Assembly: GCA_030589895.1 (NCBI GenBank)
Contig: JAUUZQ010000002.1
Coordinates: 8,850-72,849, forward strand
DNA from: Bacteroidales bacterium
GTDB lineage: Bacteria > Bacteroidota > Bacteroidia > Bacteroidales > GCA-2748055
Length of the DNA: 64,000 nt
Reading direction: 5' to 3'
The notes below the pieces were generated by a model. It saw only the letters and a program-made list of their open reading frames with translations, was not told the origin of the DNA and ran no database searches. Made by a program: the position numbers and the translations under genes. Positions 19,523 through 28,955 of this stretch are shown in pieces (position 1 is the first letter of the stretch; every line of letters starts with the position of its first letter).

Positions 19523-20812
19523 TTACCGCGTCTTACCATTTATTATCAAATAGTTTCCAAATTGACAATTGAGACACTGTTTTTGTTTACAATAGTTCTT
19601 ATAAAGAAAGAGCAGTGCCTGACTTTCAAAAGCATTATTTGCTTTCATCCCAAAAATACTCCAATTTTTTAAAATTTTGTTTTTCTCAGCCGGTATTTGC
19701 TCTAACATTGAGATTGCGTATTCGCAAAATTGTGGCTCATTTGTCGTTTTGCCATAGAAGAACAGGTAGGGTACAAGTCCATTTATAAGAATTCGATTAA
19801 AAAAATCCTGACCGGTATATTTAATCATCAGCGGAGAATTTTTTCCGAAAAGGTAGTGGGTATTCCAATAGTCACTGGCCCGAATGTGGAATAGTTGATA
19901 CAAGTCTTTTTTAGAAGGCATATTCTTCAGTTTTTCTGCCAGTGGATAGTTCGAATGTATGAAAGATGCCAGTTGAGCTATGCGGATGGTAGGAAAGGAG
20001 GAGGGGCGCATTCTCATGAATTTCCACATCTGCTCAGGCATCATTGTCGCTGAAAGTTTTCCTTTGTGCCTGACAAATTCCTTTTTCAGACCTTCCATAT
20101 AGATATCATTTGGAATAAGATTATCCAGCATTCCGGATGCTCCGAATAGCAGAGCTTCCAGCTGGTGCTGGTCATCTTTTAATCTTAATAAGCTTGTGAA
20201 GGGAATTAGTGTTGCCAGCATTTCGAAGGGTATCGAATTTACCGGTATTCCAAAGCATCGGAAGATTTCCCGGTTCAAGAGGGCATCCCATTGTGATGAA
20301 ACCTCCGCAAAAGATGATTGCAGATTTATATATTTCCCGTTTAGTTTTTCGACAAGAAGGCGTGAGATCCATTGTGCCTGATGAATTGGATTTATTTCCT
20401 GGAGTCCATTTTCGCAGGGAATCCAATTGCTTTCCTGCATTAACTTTAAATATTTGTCCCATAGCAGAGATGGGAATTTTATATTTACGGTCTGAACAGG
20501 TAAATTGTTACTTCGCGTAATCACACAATCGTTAAAATAGACGACATGTAATATTACAGAATCATAGGCCGGATCCTGATGGTGTTTGTGTTTTAACCAA
20601 TCGGAAGCATTGATGTGAATCTCCACATTTCCGGCCCATATTGTTTTCCCAATTCGAATTTTGGCATTGAAAAAATCCGGTCCGGCATCCAGGTTGTGCT
20701 CACCCGGATCCAATACTTCAATATTGGCAGCATTTTCTTCCACCAGTGTAACACCAGTTAGAGACTGGTTTTTCCAGAGGAAGTGGAGGAAGTCTTCGCT
20801 GATCTTTTTCAT
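19523..20812 (-). CDS. DUF2851-family protein
   Basis: It has MKKISEDFLHFLWKNQ, GPDFFNAKIRIG..WAGNVEIHINASDW..H.H and a C-terminal CxxxxCxxC, typical of Bacteroidota DUF2851 as I recall it. Confidence 0.75.
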   Translation of the reverse strand: MKKISEDFLHFLWKNQSLTGVTLVEENAANIEVLDPGEHNLDAGPDFFNAKIRIGKTIWAGNVEIHINASDWLKHKHHQDPAYDSVILHVVYFNDCVITRSNNLPVQTVNIKFPSLLWDKYLKLMQESNWIPCENGLQEINPIHQAQWISRLLVEKLNGKYINLQSSFAEVSSQWDALLNREIFRCFGIPVNSIPFEMLATLIPFTSLLRLKDDQHQLEALLFGASGMLDNLIPNDIYMEGLKKEFVRHKGKLSATMMPEQMWKFMRMRPSSFPTIRIAQLASFIHSNYPLAEKLKNMPSKKDLYQLFHIRASDYWNTHYLFGKNSPLMIKYTGQDFFNRILINGLVPYLFFYGKTTNEPQFCEYAISMLEQIPAEKNKILKNWSIFGMKANNAFESQALLFLYKNYCKQKQCLNCQFGNYLIINGKTR

Positions 20813-20904
20813 AGCTTGGTTTTTTCCTTGTTAATGTGTCGAATAAGCTAATTATCGTATTTTGATTTAGTTATTTTCAGAAAAAGTATTGCTCAAGGCC
20901 TGCA

Positions 20905-21000
20905 CCTCAGACCCTGAATTCCAAACCCCATAACTCCAAACCTTAAACCTAGAACCTTGAACCCCGAATCTCAAACTTTGAATTCTGAACCCCCGAACAC
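20905..21000. repeat. degenerate 7-8-nt C/A-rich array (RAAYCYY units, about 12 copies)
   Basis: The units read ctgaattcc aaacccc ataactcc aaacctt aaacct agaacct tgaacccc gaatctc aaacttt gaattct gaaccccc gaacac. The tract is nearly G-free on the plus strand and lies in a divergent promoter region. Confidence 0.5.
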
Positions 21001-21032
21001 ATTCACTCCACCTTCCCCTTCTCTTCTTTTTA

Positions 21033-21040
21033 TATCTTTG
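21033..21040 (+). promoter_or_regulatory. -7 box upstream of the acid phosphatase gene
   Basis: tatctttg lies 28 nt upstream of the ATG at 21069. Confidence 0.35.
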
Positions 21041-21068
21041 TATCAGTTGTAATTAATCTAGATTGAAA

Positions 21069-21845
21069 ATGAGAAAAACAGGAACTGGTATTGTCATGCT
21101 TATAATGATTGTGTTTTTGTCCTGTGGAGGCAATGACTCAAAAGGAGACAAGGACAGCGTGACAGGAATGCAGGCCGTGCTTTGGAGTCAATTTTCGGCA
21201 GAAGCCGAAGCGTTATATCTTCAAGCTTTTAATATTGCTTCGCAGGTGATGAGGGATAGTGTTGATGGAAATCATGATAAGTCGCTGGCAGTAATATTGG
21301 ATATTGATGAGACGGTACTCGATAACTCACCTTTTAATGTTGAGATGATGCGAAAGGGCACTAGCTATTCTGAGGAATTGTGGGCAGAGTGGTGTGAGTT
21401 AAGAGCAGCCATTGCTATCCCGGGAGCATTGGAATTTACTTTATTGGCAGAACAACTGGGAATTGATCTGTTCTACGTCTCAAATCGTTCCGTAAAATTA
21501 TTGGATTCCACACTTGATAACCTAAATGAACTGGGATTTCCCTTTGCTGATACGCTGCATATAATGCTGAAAAAGGAGAGTTCTTCGAAGGATGTCAGAA
21601 GGGCTTCTATACGTGAGGATCATAAAATATTATTGCTTATCGGAGATAATCTTGGTGATTTTGATGGTGTTTTTGACGATCGGAGTGATGAATATGGGAA
21701 GGTGGAACTTAGAAAATTCAAGGATGATTTTGGGAGCAAATTCATTGTATTGCCTAATCCGATGTATGGAAGCTGGGAGAGGGGAGTGTTTCCGGAGGGA
21801 AGACCCGGGAAAGAAGAGGTTTTAGAGAAATTGAGAGGATATTAA
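21069..21845 (+). CDS. class C acid phosphatase / 5'-nucleotidase lipoprotein e(P4) family (HAD)
   Basis: It has a lipobox (FLSCGG), DIDETVLDNSPF and LLIGDNLGDF, the bipartite class C signature. Confidence 0.8.
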   Translation: MRKTGTGIVMLIMIVFLSCGGNDSKGDKDSVTGMQAVLWSQFSAEAEALYLQAFNIASQVMRDSVDGNHDKSLAVILDIDETVLDNSPFNVEMMRKGTSYSEELWAEWCELRAAIAIPGALEFTLLAEQLGIDLFYVSNRSVKLLDSTLDNLNELGFPFADTLHIMLKKESSSKDVRRASIREDHKILLLIGDNLGDFDGVFDDRSDEYGKVELRKFKDDFGSKFIVLPNPMYGSWERGVFPEGRPGKEEVLEKLRGY

Positions 21846-21847
21846 AC

Positions 21848-23098
21848 TCAGTCAAGTGCTTTTCTGCTAAACGGCATTGTCATGCATCTGGCTCCACCAC
21901 CACCACGTGATAATTCACTTCCATCGATAGTGATGACGCAGCGTTTGTAATTATTGACATCATACTTGTCATTGAGGAATTCTTTGGCTTTGATGATCTC
22001 AAATCCATTTTCGCTCAGGCTGTTTAAAGTATGGATGTTGCGATTATAACCAATAATTTTACCCGGGGCAAAGGCGAAAAAATTTGCGCCACTATGCCAT
22101 TGTTCCCTTTCCTGGTTAATTGAATCTTTTCCTCCGCCACAAAATGACGGTTTCAGATCCATTCCAAGTTTTTTCAGGATCGTTGGAATATTTTCTACGG
22201 TTCGAATGGATTTAACAGTTCCATTATCAATTTCTATATGTACAGTTTCATATTTATTGGGTTGCATAAGCAATGGTGCATAAAGCATACAAGCGTCTCT
22301 GTCGAGAATCGTAAATACCATATCAAGATGGATGAATGATTCTGGAGTTTGAGGTAACTGCTGAACTATAATATGTTGATGTCTTTTCTCTTCCCTCATC
22401 ATATTGATTATAAAGTCTATCCCCTGTGTTGAGGTTCTGGTTCCAAAACCGATCAGCATTATATCTTCCCTCGCAACAATAAGGTCTCCACCTTCTATAG
22501 TAAGTGGTTTGCCAAATGAGTCGAGCTTCTCAGCCACAAGGGTATTTGCCTGTAACTTTGGATGGTATTTAAATATAGAGTCCATTATTAGTGCTTCCCT
22601 GTCACGCACTGTACTTGCCATGCTTCCAATAAGGATTGAATTATGTAAACCGATGGCTGAGTCGCGCGTAAAGAAGAAATTATGCAGCGGGCGCAGGGCA
22701 AAATTTTCATTGCTCATAAAATTTGTCAGGCTATCCCTTTGTAATGGGACACCTTGAATCAGCAGTTTGCTGAGTTCATCCGCTTCCTTGCTAAGAAGCA
22801 TATTTAGAAGATCAGGGTGCCTTTCGGTATAGCAGGTTTGCTTTATGATTTTTTCTTTTACTTCTTCAGATTGAAGGATATCGGTAAGCAGGTCTGTTAC
22901 CCTATAGGTGTTGGTAAGGCGCTGAAGTATGCATTCCAGCTGGTTGTATTCTTTACTTGCCACGGCCAGATTCAGAATATCACTATATAGTGCTCTTTCT
23001 GCATTTTTCGGAGTCATATTCTCAACCTCTGGTCCGGGAGGATGAAGTATAACACCTTCTAATTCACCAATTTCTGAAAAAATATTAATTTTTGACAT
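21848..23098 (-). CDS. arcA: arginine deiminase-like amidinotransferase
   Basis: The 416-aa product ends with GGGGARCMTMP (catalytic Cys motif) and has FTRDS and EGGD blocks. No arcB or arcC lies nearby. Confidence 0.65.
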   Translation of the reverse strand: MSKINIFSEIGELEGVILHPPGPEVENMTPKNAERALYSDILNLAVASKEYNQLECILQRLTNTYRVTDLLTDILQSEEVKEKIIKQTCYTERHPDLLNMLLSKEADELSKLLIQGVPLQRDSLTNFMSNENFALRPLHNFFFTRDSAIGLHNSILIGSMASTVRDREALIMDSIFKYHPKLQANTLVAEKLDSFGKPLTIEGGDLIVAREDIMLIGFGTRTSTQGIDFIINMMREEKRHQHIIVQQLPQTPESFIHLDMVFTILDRDACMLYAPLLMQPNKYETVHIEIDNGTVKSIRTVENIPTILKKLGMDLKPSFCGGGKDSINQEREQWHSGANFFAFAPGKIIGYNRNIHTLNSLSENGFEIIKAKEFLNDKYDVNNYKRCVITIDGSELSRGGGGARCMTMPFSRKALD

Positions 23099-23141
23099 AG
23101 ATTTTTCCCACTAAATTATAAGATCCGTAAAGATATAGCTT

Positions 23142-23747
23142 TTAAAACAACTGTATGGCAAGAGATACCAGGAAAGGGACAAGGATGGTGAGTAGCACTC
23201 CGTGAAGCATTGAATGAATCAGGTATTCTTTACCTGAAGCCTTCAAAATAACAGGTAGCGTTGTATCCATTGAAGTAGCACCTCCAGATGCAATGGGTGA
23301 TAGATTTCCTGCAATTCGTACAAAAAACGGTGCCAGAATGAGGGTGATAACTTCCCTGCTGATATTTGCCAACAGAGCAATAACGCCCAGTGATTCTCCT
23401 GATATTTTAGTAAGTATGATGCTTGAAAGACTATAATATCCGAATCCAAATCCAACTGCAAGTGATTCACCAAATTCTAACTTGCCAAATATCAGATGAT
23501 ATACAACTACTCCGAGTAGTGTACCGATAATTGTTGATAGAGGAATAAGAAAAATTTTTGGTCGAATAGATTTAATGATATCCAGAAATTTTGGATCAGA
23601 GCCCAGATTGATACCAACAAACAGCAAGAGCGCATAGAGTGCGTAGTCCGTAAATTGGTTTATGTCGAAATTCAAAGAGTCCTGAAATAGAATTCCCAGC
23701 AACAATCCGCCAGCAAAGAATGATATGATGAAAATGCTATTCTTCAT
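23142..23747 (-). CDS. LysO/DUF340-family membrane protein (large subunit-like)
   Basis: The 201-aa polytopic product pairs with a small DUF340 ORF overlapping it by 11 nt, as in split LysO genes. Confidence 0.65.
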   Translation of the reverse strand: MKNSIFIISFFAGGLLLGILFQDSLNFDINQFTDYALYALLLFVGINLGSDPKFLDIIKSIRPKIFLIPLSTIIGTLLGVVVYHLIFGKLEFGESLAVGFGFGYYSLSSIILTKISGESLGVIALLANISREVITLILAPFFVRIAGNLSPIASGGATSMDTTLPVILKASGKEYLIHSMLHGVLLTILVPFLVSLAIQLF

Positions 23748-24015
23748 TTTTGCGGTAAAATATTTTCCAGGTGATCCATGCCAAAAATATACTTCCGGCT
23801 ATTGAAAAAAGAGCTATTAACAATGCAGTAAGACCGAGTGTATCGAGGTGACTTCGTACCTCTTCTTTTGCACCCACTCCAATCCCCAGTATAAACAGAA
23901 GGAAAGCAATTGAGACCATAGATAGTTTTCCTGAAATTGCTTCCAGATTCTTTATCTTTTTGAACAACCAGCCCAGCAAGATTCCAATGGCAAATACACT
24001 CAGCAGGATGATCAT
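23737..24015 (-). CDS. LysO/DUF340-family membrane protein (small)
   Basis: The 92-aa product has three hydrophobic helices and is translationally coupled to the downstream DUF340 gene. Confidence 0.55.
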   Translation of the reverse strand: MIILLSVFAIGILLGWLFKKIKNLEAISGKLSMVSIAFLLFILGIGVGAKEEVRSHLDTLGLTALLIALFSIAGSIFLAWITWKIFYRKNEE

Positions 24016-24075
24016 ATTTTATAGTTTCGGGTTGTGGTTTATGGCTTGCAAGTTGTAGAGTCAGGCATTGACTAA

Positions 24076-24267
24076 TTAGCCTGTAAATCCTGAATTTTTA
24101 TGTTTGCCATCGCAGAAGGGTTTGTTCTCAGAGAGTCCGCATCTGCATAGGTAAATGGGACCTTCACTTTTCAGTAATTCTCCTTTTGCATTAAATATTT
24201 CAAATGAACCGCTGACTTCCAGAGATTTATTTTCGATAACCCGGAATTGTGCGCTTTTTTCTTTCAT
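24076..24267 (-). CDS. CDGSH iron-sulfur domain protein
   Basis: CRCGLSENKPFCDGKH is the CDGSH [2Fe-2S] motif. Confidence 0.75.
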   Translation of the reverse strand: MKEKSAQFRVIENKSLEVSGSFEIFNAKGELLKSEGPIYLCRCGLSENKPFCDGKHKNSGFTG

Positions 24268-24428
24268 GTGTCTATTAATTGATTTTTAATTGTCACATGA
24301 ACCCCGAAGGGCTCAGCGTAGCAAAACTCTCATGAAAATTAATCATTCAATTGTGTCTAAATTAGAATAATAAATTTACATGTTCGTTACATCTGTCTGT
24401 AGTTTTCAAATCTGTCAGTTAATAAGGA

Positions 24429-24920
24429 TTACTTTTTATCGTTAAATCCAATCTTTCTATGTCTCCCATCGCAATAGGGCATGCTATGTGAACCGCCACA
24501 TCTGCAAAATGAGGTCATAATCATAGATTTCAATTCATTGCCATTGGAATCAATCACTTTGAATTCACCTTCCACTACAATTGGACCATCTTTCATAATG
24601 GTAACCTTTGCGGGTTTTGTCTCCGGGTCTGTGGAAAGAGTTTCCGGGTTTACTTCCTCTGACGTTGAGGTGCTCGCTTGTAACTCATTTTCACTAAGGT
24701 CTTTGTTGTATTTCCATACAATTGCATCTGTTGGGCATTTGTCTGTAACTTCAATAATACGTTGTGTACTTGCAGCACTCATGTCAACCCAGGGTCGTCT
24801 GCCCGGATTGAACACTTCAATTAATTCCCTGAAACAGGTTGTTGCATGAACGCATTTTGCCGGTTTCCAGAAAACTGTTATTTCATCGTTGGTATATTGC
24901 CTGTTCCTTGGGTCTTCCAT
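24429..24920 (-). CDS. divergent 4Fe-4S mono-cluster (DUF1271-like) domain fused to a CDGSH domain
   Basis: The N-terminus (ITVFWKPAKCVHATTCFREL...DKCPTDAI) is ferredoxin-like and the C-terminus has CRCGGSHSMPYCDGRH. Confidence 0.7.
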   Translation of the reverse strand: MEDPRNRQYTNDEITVFWKPAKCVHATTCFRELIEVFNPGRRPWVDMSAASTQRIIEVTDKCPTDAIVWKYNKDLSENELQASTSTSEEVNPETLSTDPETKPAKVTIMKDGPIVVEGEFKVIDSNGNELKSMIMTSFCRCGGSHSMPYCDGRHRKIGFNDKK

Positions 24921-25158
24921 TTTGAGATTGCTATCTTAAATGATTTAACATTAGAATATTGTGAATGTTCAGAAAACTAGCTGAAAGATAATTATTATTA
25001 CGCAATTAGTAAGTTGGATTTAATAAAGTGATGTTGGGGCTGGTATCAAAATAATTTTAACTCTTTGAAGATTGAATATTTAAAAAAGCTTACAAAGGGG
25101 AGGAGAGATGGCGGATAAAAAGAGTATGCCCAAGCTTTTGAGACAAGCTCTTACAAAC

Positions 25159-26036
25159 CTATCCAAGCAATTCCCTGGTTATCCGAACTCCCATTACAGT
25201 GATGTCATCTACTTGAGGGTATTTCCCCATCCAGTCTAATAACGACTTTTCAATGAGTTTGTGCTGGATATCTATCGGTTCATTGTGAACAGAGAGAAGC
25301 AATTTTTTAAATTTTGTTCTCATGAATTTTTTACCATCAGGTCCTCCAAACTATCCGGAAAACCGTCAGAAAAGATATAAACCATATCTCCTTCCCTGAT
25401 ATCAATTGTTTGAGCAATGAAACATTCTTGTTCCCGATCTGATAGCTGACCAATGGAGAGTCTTTCACCCGGGTATTTAATAATTTCATTCTCCCTGACA
25501 AGGAGTAGGGGATTCTTTGCACCGGAAAAATTCAGGGTCTTACTTTTTTTGTCAATTGAACAGATGGCCATATCCATTCCATCAGTATCGGTAAGTGAGT
25601 CTGTTCGGGAAAGTGCTTCCGGGAATTTCAAGCAGAGATAGTCCAGTATCTGCGCCGTAGTAGGATTGTCCATAACTGTAATGGCCTGTTCAAGTAATCC
25701 ATATCCAATCATGCTGAGCAATGATCCGGGGACTCCATGTCCGGTACAATCAATTACAGAAAAGTATTTTTTATAAATGGTCTCATTTACATAGAAGAAA
25801 TCTCCGCTAACAATATCTCTTGGTCTCAGAAAGATAAAGGATTCCGGCAACATCTTTTTCAGGCTATTTCTTCCCGGGAGGTAAGATTTTTGAAGGAAAC
25901 TGGCATATCGGATGCTACCTGTCAGGTCCTTGTTTTTTTGTGCAATTACAGCAGCTTGCTTTTCAATTTTATGCTCATATCTGACGACGATTCGATCGAC
26001 CATCAGAAATCCTATGATTGAAATGCCAAATGCCAC
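25159..26036 (-). pseudogene. SpoIIE/PP2C-type serine phosphatase, frameshifted and lacking an N-terminal sensor region
   Basis: The annotated frame ends ...DGFPDSLEDLMVKNS-stop. The -1 neighbouring frame continues FGGPDGKKFMRTKFKKLLLSVHNEPIDIQHKLIEKSLLDWMGKYPQVDDITVMGVRITRELLG-stop, the canonical family C-terminus. The frame switch is at about 25351-25354. Upstream the frame opens only one transmembrane helix before the catalytic domain. Confidence 0.65.
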
Positions 26037-26299
26037 AAGTATTGCCAGAGGATAGAAGCCCCGAATAAATGTACAGTTTTACCACTTAGACATCAAAGTA
26101 GAGGAGACCTTACAGGGGAGTTGTGTTTTCGCCTTTCTCTGCTTTTTGTAAAATCTTTAAAGAAGGTATGTTTCAGAGCTGAGAATCATATTTTTTGATT
26201 TCAGTAACAATACCTTCGCTTATATGAATGACTTTAATTCCTTTTAGTTTCTTACTATTGGATTTATTGTCTGTTCCAGTTTCCTGGATTTTTTTTGAT

Positions 26300-26764
26300 T
26301 TATGTTTTCTTCACGCGAACGGCATTCATTCCTTTCATACCACGTTCGAGTTCAAAAGAAACTACATCATTTTCCCGTATATCTTCCAGTAGTCCGTTTA
26401 CATGAACGAAATATTTCTCATTGGTATCGCGCTCTTTAATGAAACCGAATCCTTTTGAGTCGTTGAAAAATTCAACCCTTCCATGTCTGACCGCATCAAC
26501 CTCTTCTTTTTCTCTTTTTGGAACTCCTATTTCAATACTTTTTGCATTGACCTTCTTTTTCTTTGTCAGGTCAGGAGGAGTATCCGTGATATTTCCATTT
26601 TCATCGACATATGCAATCATATTGTCGAATCCACTTTTCCCGGACTCAGCATTAGCTTCAGCACTCGCTTTGCGTGCTTCCTGCCTCTTTAGCTTATCTT
26701 GTCTTTTCTTTAAGCGTTTTTTTTCTTTTTCCTTTTTGTTATAGGTCTCTTGAGATTTCCCCAT
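26300..26764 (-). CDS. cold-shock domain protein with a K/E-rich N-terminal extension
   Basis: The C-terminus (GRVEFFNDSKGFGFIKERDTNEKYFVHVNGL) carries the CSD RNP motifs and the N-terminus is a lysine-rich low-complexity region. Confidence 0.8.
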   Translation of the reverse strand: MGKSQETYNKKEKEKKRLKKRQDKLKRQEARKASAEANAESGKSGFDNMIAYVDENGNITDTPPDLTKKKKVNAKSIEIGVPKREKEEVDAVRHGRVEFFNDSKGFGFIKERDTNEKYFVHVNGLLEDIRENDVVSFELERGMKGMNAVRVKKT

Positions 26765-26845
26765 TCTATATTTTTTATTTAATAGTTATCAATTCAGGTT
26801 TGACAAAAATATTTCCCACAAAATTAGTTATAAATTTTGTTCTTC

Positions 26846-27457
26846 TCAAATAATTCCCCACTGCATAGCCATCACAATGTCCTCGATCACCTTGTCATCG
26901 CCCAGTGGATCGAATTGTGTTTTGAGATTATTGCCAAAGAGTCGTGCGATACCTTGCCAGAAGAATGCTGTAAACCCGCCACGTATATCCTTGATTACTT
27001 CATAGGAGGTCATTCCGGTTTCCCTGTCGATGAGTTTTACGAGGATAATTCCCTGTTTAATGGTGAGTTTTTTCACTTCCTCTTCAAATTCCTTCATGAT
27101 GAGTGCCTCTGCCTCTTTGGAATATACTTTTCGTTCTTTTTCAGAGTGAATGGTCATCAGAGTGCTATCCAGTGATTTGAGTCTGTCATTAGCAATGACA
27201 GCAAAAGGGTAGGCTTTTTTGACATTATATATTGTACGGCGGTATTTCCAGTTTTTCAGGAGGTAGCTATACTTGTTGATATCATAGATGTTTACTGCCG
27301 GGAGGTTCACTACAGGTATAGTATCGCTTGCATAGACGATGGCTCTGTTTGTTTGGGTTCTTGAATTGAGAGTATCAGATTGAGAGAAAACTGTATCACT
27401 GACAATAAGGATCAGGAAAAGTGAAGTGATGATATATTTTATGCTATTGATGGTCAT
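26846..27457 (-). CDS. DUF4294-like secreted protein
   Basis: It has a signal peptide after the Met at 27457 and LTIKQGIILVKLIDRETGMTSYEVIKDIRGGFTAFFWQGIARLFGNNLK, a block I recall from DUF4294. Confidence 0.5.
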   Translation of the reverse strand: MTINSIKYIITSLFLILIVSDTVFSQSDTLNSRTQTNRAIVYASDTIPVVNLPAVNIYDINKYSYLLKNWKYRRTIYNVKKAYPFAVIANDRLKSLDSTLMTIHSEKERKVYSKEAEALIMKEFEEEVKKLTIKQGIILVKLIDRETGMTSYEVIKDIRGGFTAFFWQGIARLFGNNLKTQFDPLGDDKVIEDIVMAMQWGII

Positions 27458-27706
27458 ATTGTACAGTTTGCAAAAATCAGGCCTAATCTGATAAATGCCT
27501 GCTAATTTCGATGAAAATGTCAAAAATATAAGTGAATAATAAGTGTATTAAACACCCATGTCAACAAACTTAACACATAAGGAACCGAGTTTACGAGCTC
27601 GACGAAGTCAAATGACCATAGTGGATGTTCCATCTGACCAATGAAATCAATTATAAACAGATGAAAAGTATAATATATAGAGATGCAGCAGTTAAATTGA
27701 TCTTAG

Positions 27707-28354
27707 TTACATAAGTTTAATCATTGCTTTTACCACATTTTCGGCTCCTTCGCCTATTTGATCAATTGTGGCGTCCAGCATATAGCAAGGTGTCGTAACA
27801 ATCTTGTGTTTTTGATCAATAACAACTTCACCATGTGTGGTATTCACATGCTTGGCTCCTGCAGCTTCGACTCCTTCTACAGTGCCTGAGTCATCACCTA
27901 TAGTGAGTTCAATATTGCCCAGAACTTTCGCAATCAGGACTGGAGATATACAGAGTGCTCCAATTGGTTTTTTAAGTCCGACTATGCAGTTAATGGCATC
28001 TGAAACCTCTCGATTTACTGTCCCTTCAGGTCCATTAAATGCCCAGTTGGAAAGATTTTTTGCTGCTCCAAATCCGCCCGGAAATAGCAATCCATCGAAA
28101 TCAGCGGCTACAAAATCGCTAAGGGGAGAGATAGCACCACGTGCAATCCTTGCAGATTCTACGAGTACATTTCTTGTTTCGTTCATCTCTTCACCGGTGA
28201 TATGATTGATCACATGGTGTTGGTTAATGTCGGGTGCAAATATCTTATAAGTGCAACCGTTCTTAGCAATGGAGTATAGGCTTAGGGTTGCCTCATGAAT
28301 CTCGGCACCATCGTAAACTCCACAACCTGAAAGAATCACTGCAATTGTTTTCAT
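27707..28354 (-). CDS. elbB: ElbB-type DJ-1/PfpI family protein (glyoxalase III-like)
   Basis: It has MKTIAVILSGCGVYDGAEIHEA, the nucleophile elbow GALCISP, and a length of 215 aa. Confidence 0.8.
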   Translation of the reverse strand: MKTIAVILSGCGVYDGAEIHEATLSLYSIAKNGCTYKIFAPDINQHHVINHITGEEMNETRNVLVESARIARGAISPLSDFVAADFDGLLFPGGFGAAKNLSNWAFNGPEGTVNREVSDAINCIVGLKKPIGALCISPVLIAKVLGNIELTIGDDSGTVEGVEAAGAKHVNTTHGEVVIDQKHKIVTTPCYMLDATIDQIGEGAENVVKAMIKLM

Positions 28355-28398
28355 AGGAAAAGTTTAGTGGGTGAGAAAGGAAATTATAAGCATATAGA

Positions 28399-28944
28399 CT
28401 ATCGTCTGTCGATCTCGATCAGAAGATCATCTTTCATAACAGAGTCATTCTTCCTGATAGATATTTTTCTGATGATGCCATCTATAGGAGATATAATTTC
28501 ATTTTGCATCTTCATAGCTTCAAGAATCAGCAGAGGTTCGCCGGTATTGATTTCAGCACCTTCTTCAACAAATACATCAATAATCTTTCCCGGCATGGGT
28601 GAGACGATGGATTCTGAAGTAGATACTCCTGCTTGTTTCTCGAGTAATTTTTTTCTTTTCAGGGAGAAGGGAGATTCTATTGTAAATGTATGCCAGACAC
28701 CGTTTACCATCACAGTATATCTGTTTTGGTTTTTCTCGATGATGTCGAGCATATATTTTCTGTTTTTCCAAACAATATAGGAAAAACCATTAGGGTCTTC
28801 AGAGAGTCTGACTTTCACCTTCTCTCCTTTATACTTTATTATTTTCTCCTGAGGATTGCTGAATTCAAACTGCTTTTTGCTTGAACTCAGTGCAATCAGT
28901 TTGTGTTTTGTGACTTTACTGCCATTACTTTTGCTTTCTGCCAT
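28399..28944 (-). CDS. biotin carboxyl carrier protein subunit
   Basis: The C-terminal biotinyl domain has EAMKMQNEI. Confidence 0.8.
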   Translation of the reverse strand: MAESKSNGSKVTKHKLIALSSSKKQFEFSNPQEKIIKYKGEKVKVRLSEDPNGFSYIVWKNRKYMLDIIEKNQNRYTVMVNGVWHTFTIESPFSLKRKKLLEKQAGVSTSESIVSPMPGKIIDVFVEEGAEINTGEPLLILEAMKMQNEIISPIDGIIRKISIRKNDSVMKDDLLIEIDRR

Positions 28945-28955
28945 ATCTATAATTT

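Noticed and set aside
20905-21000. G-quadruplex on the minus strand of the C-rich tract
   Set aside because: The G-runs of three or more are separated by loops of about 25-32 nt, which is not a canonical G4 arrangement.
25108-25236. A 42-aa plus-strand ORF preceded by GGAGGAG
   Set aside because: It is antisense to the phosphatase C-terminal fragment. Shine-Dalgarno use is weak in Bacteroidota, and I have no conservation evidence.
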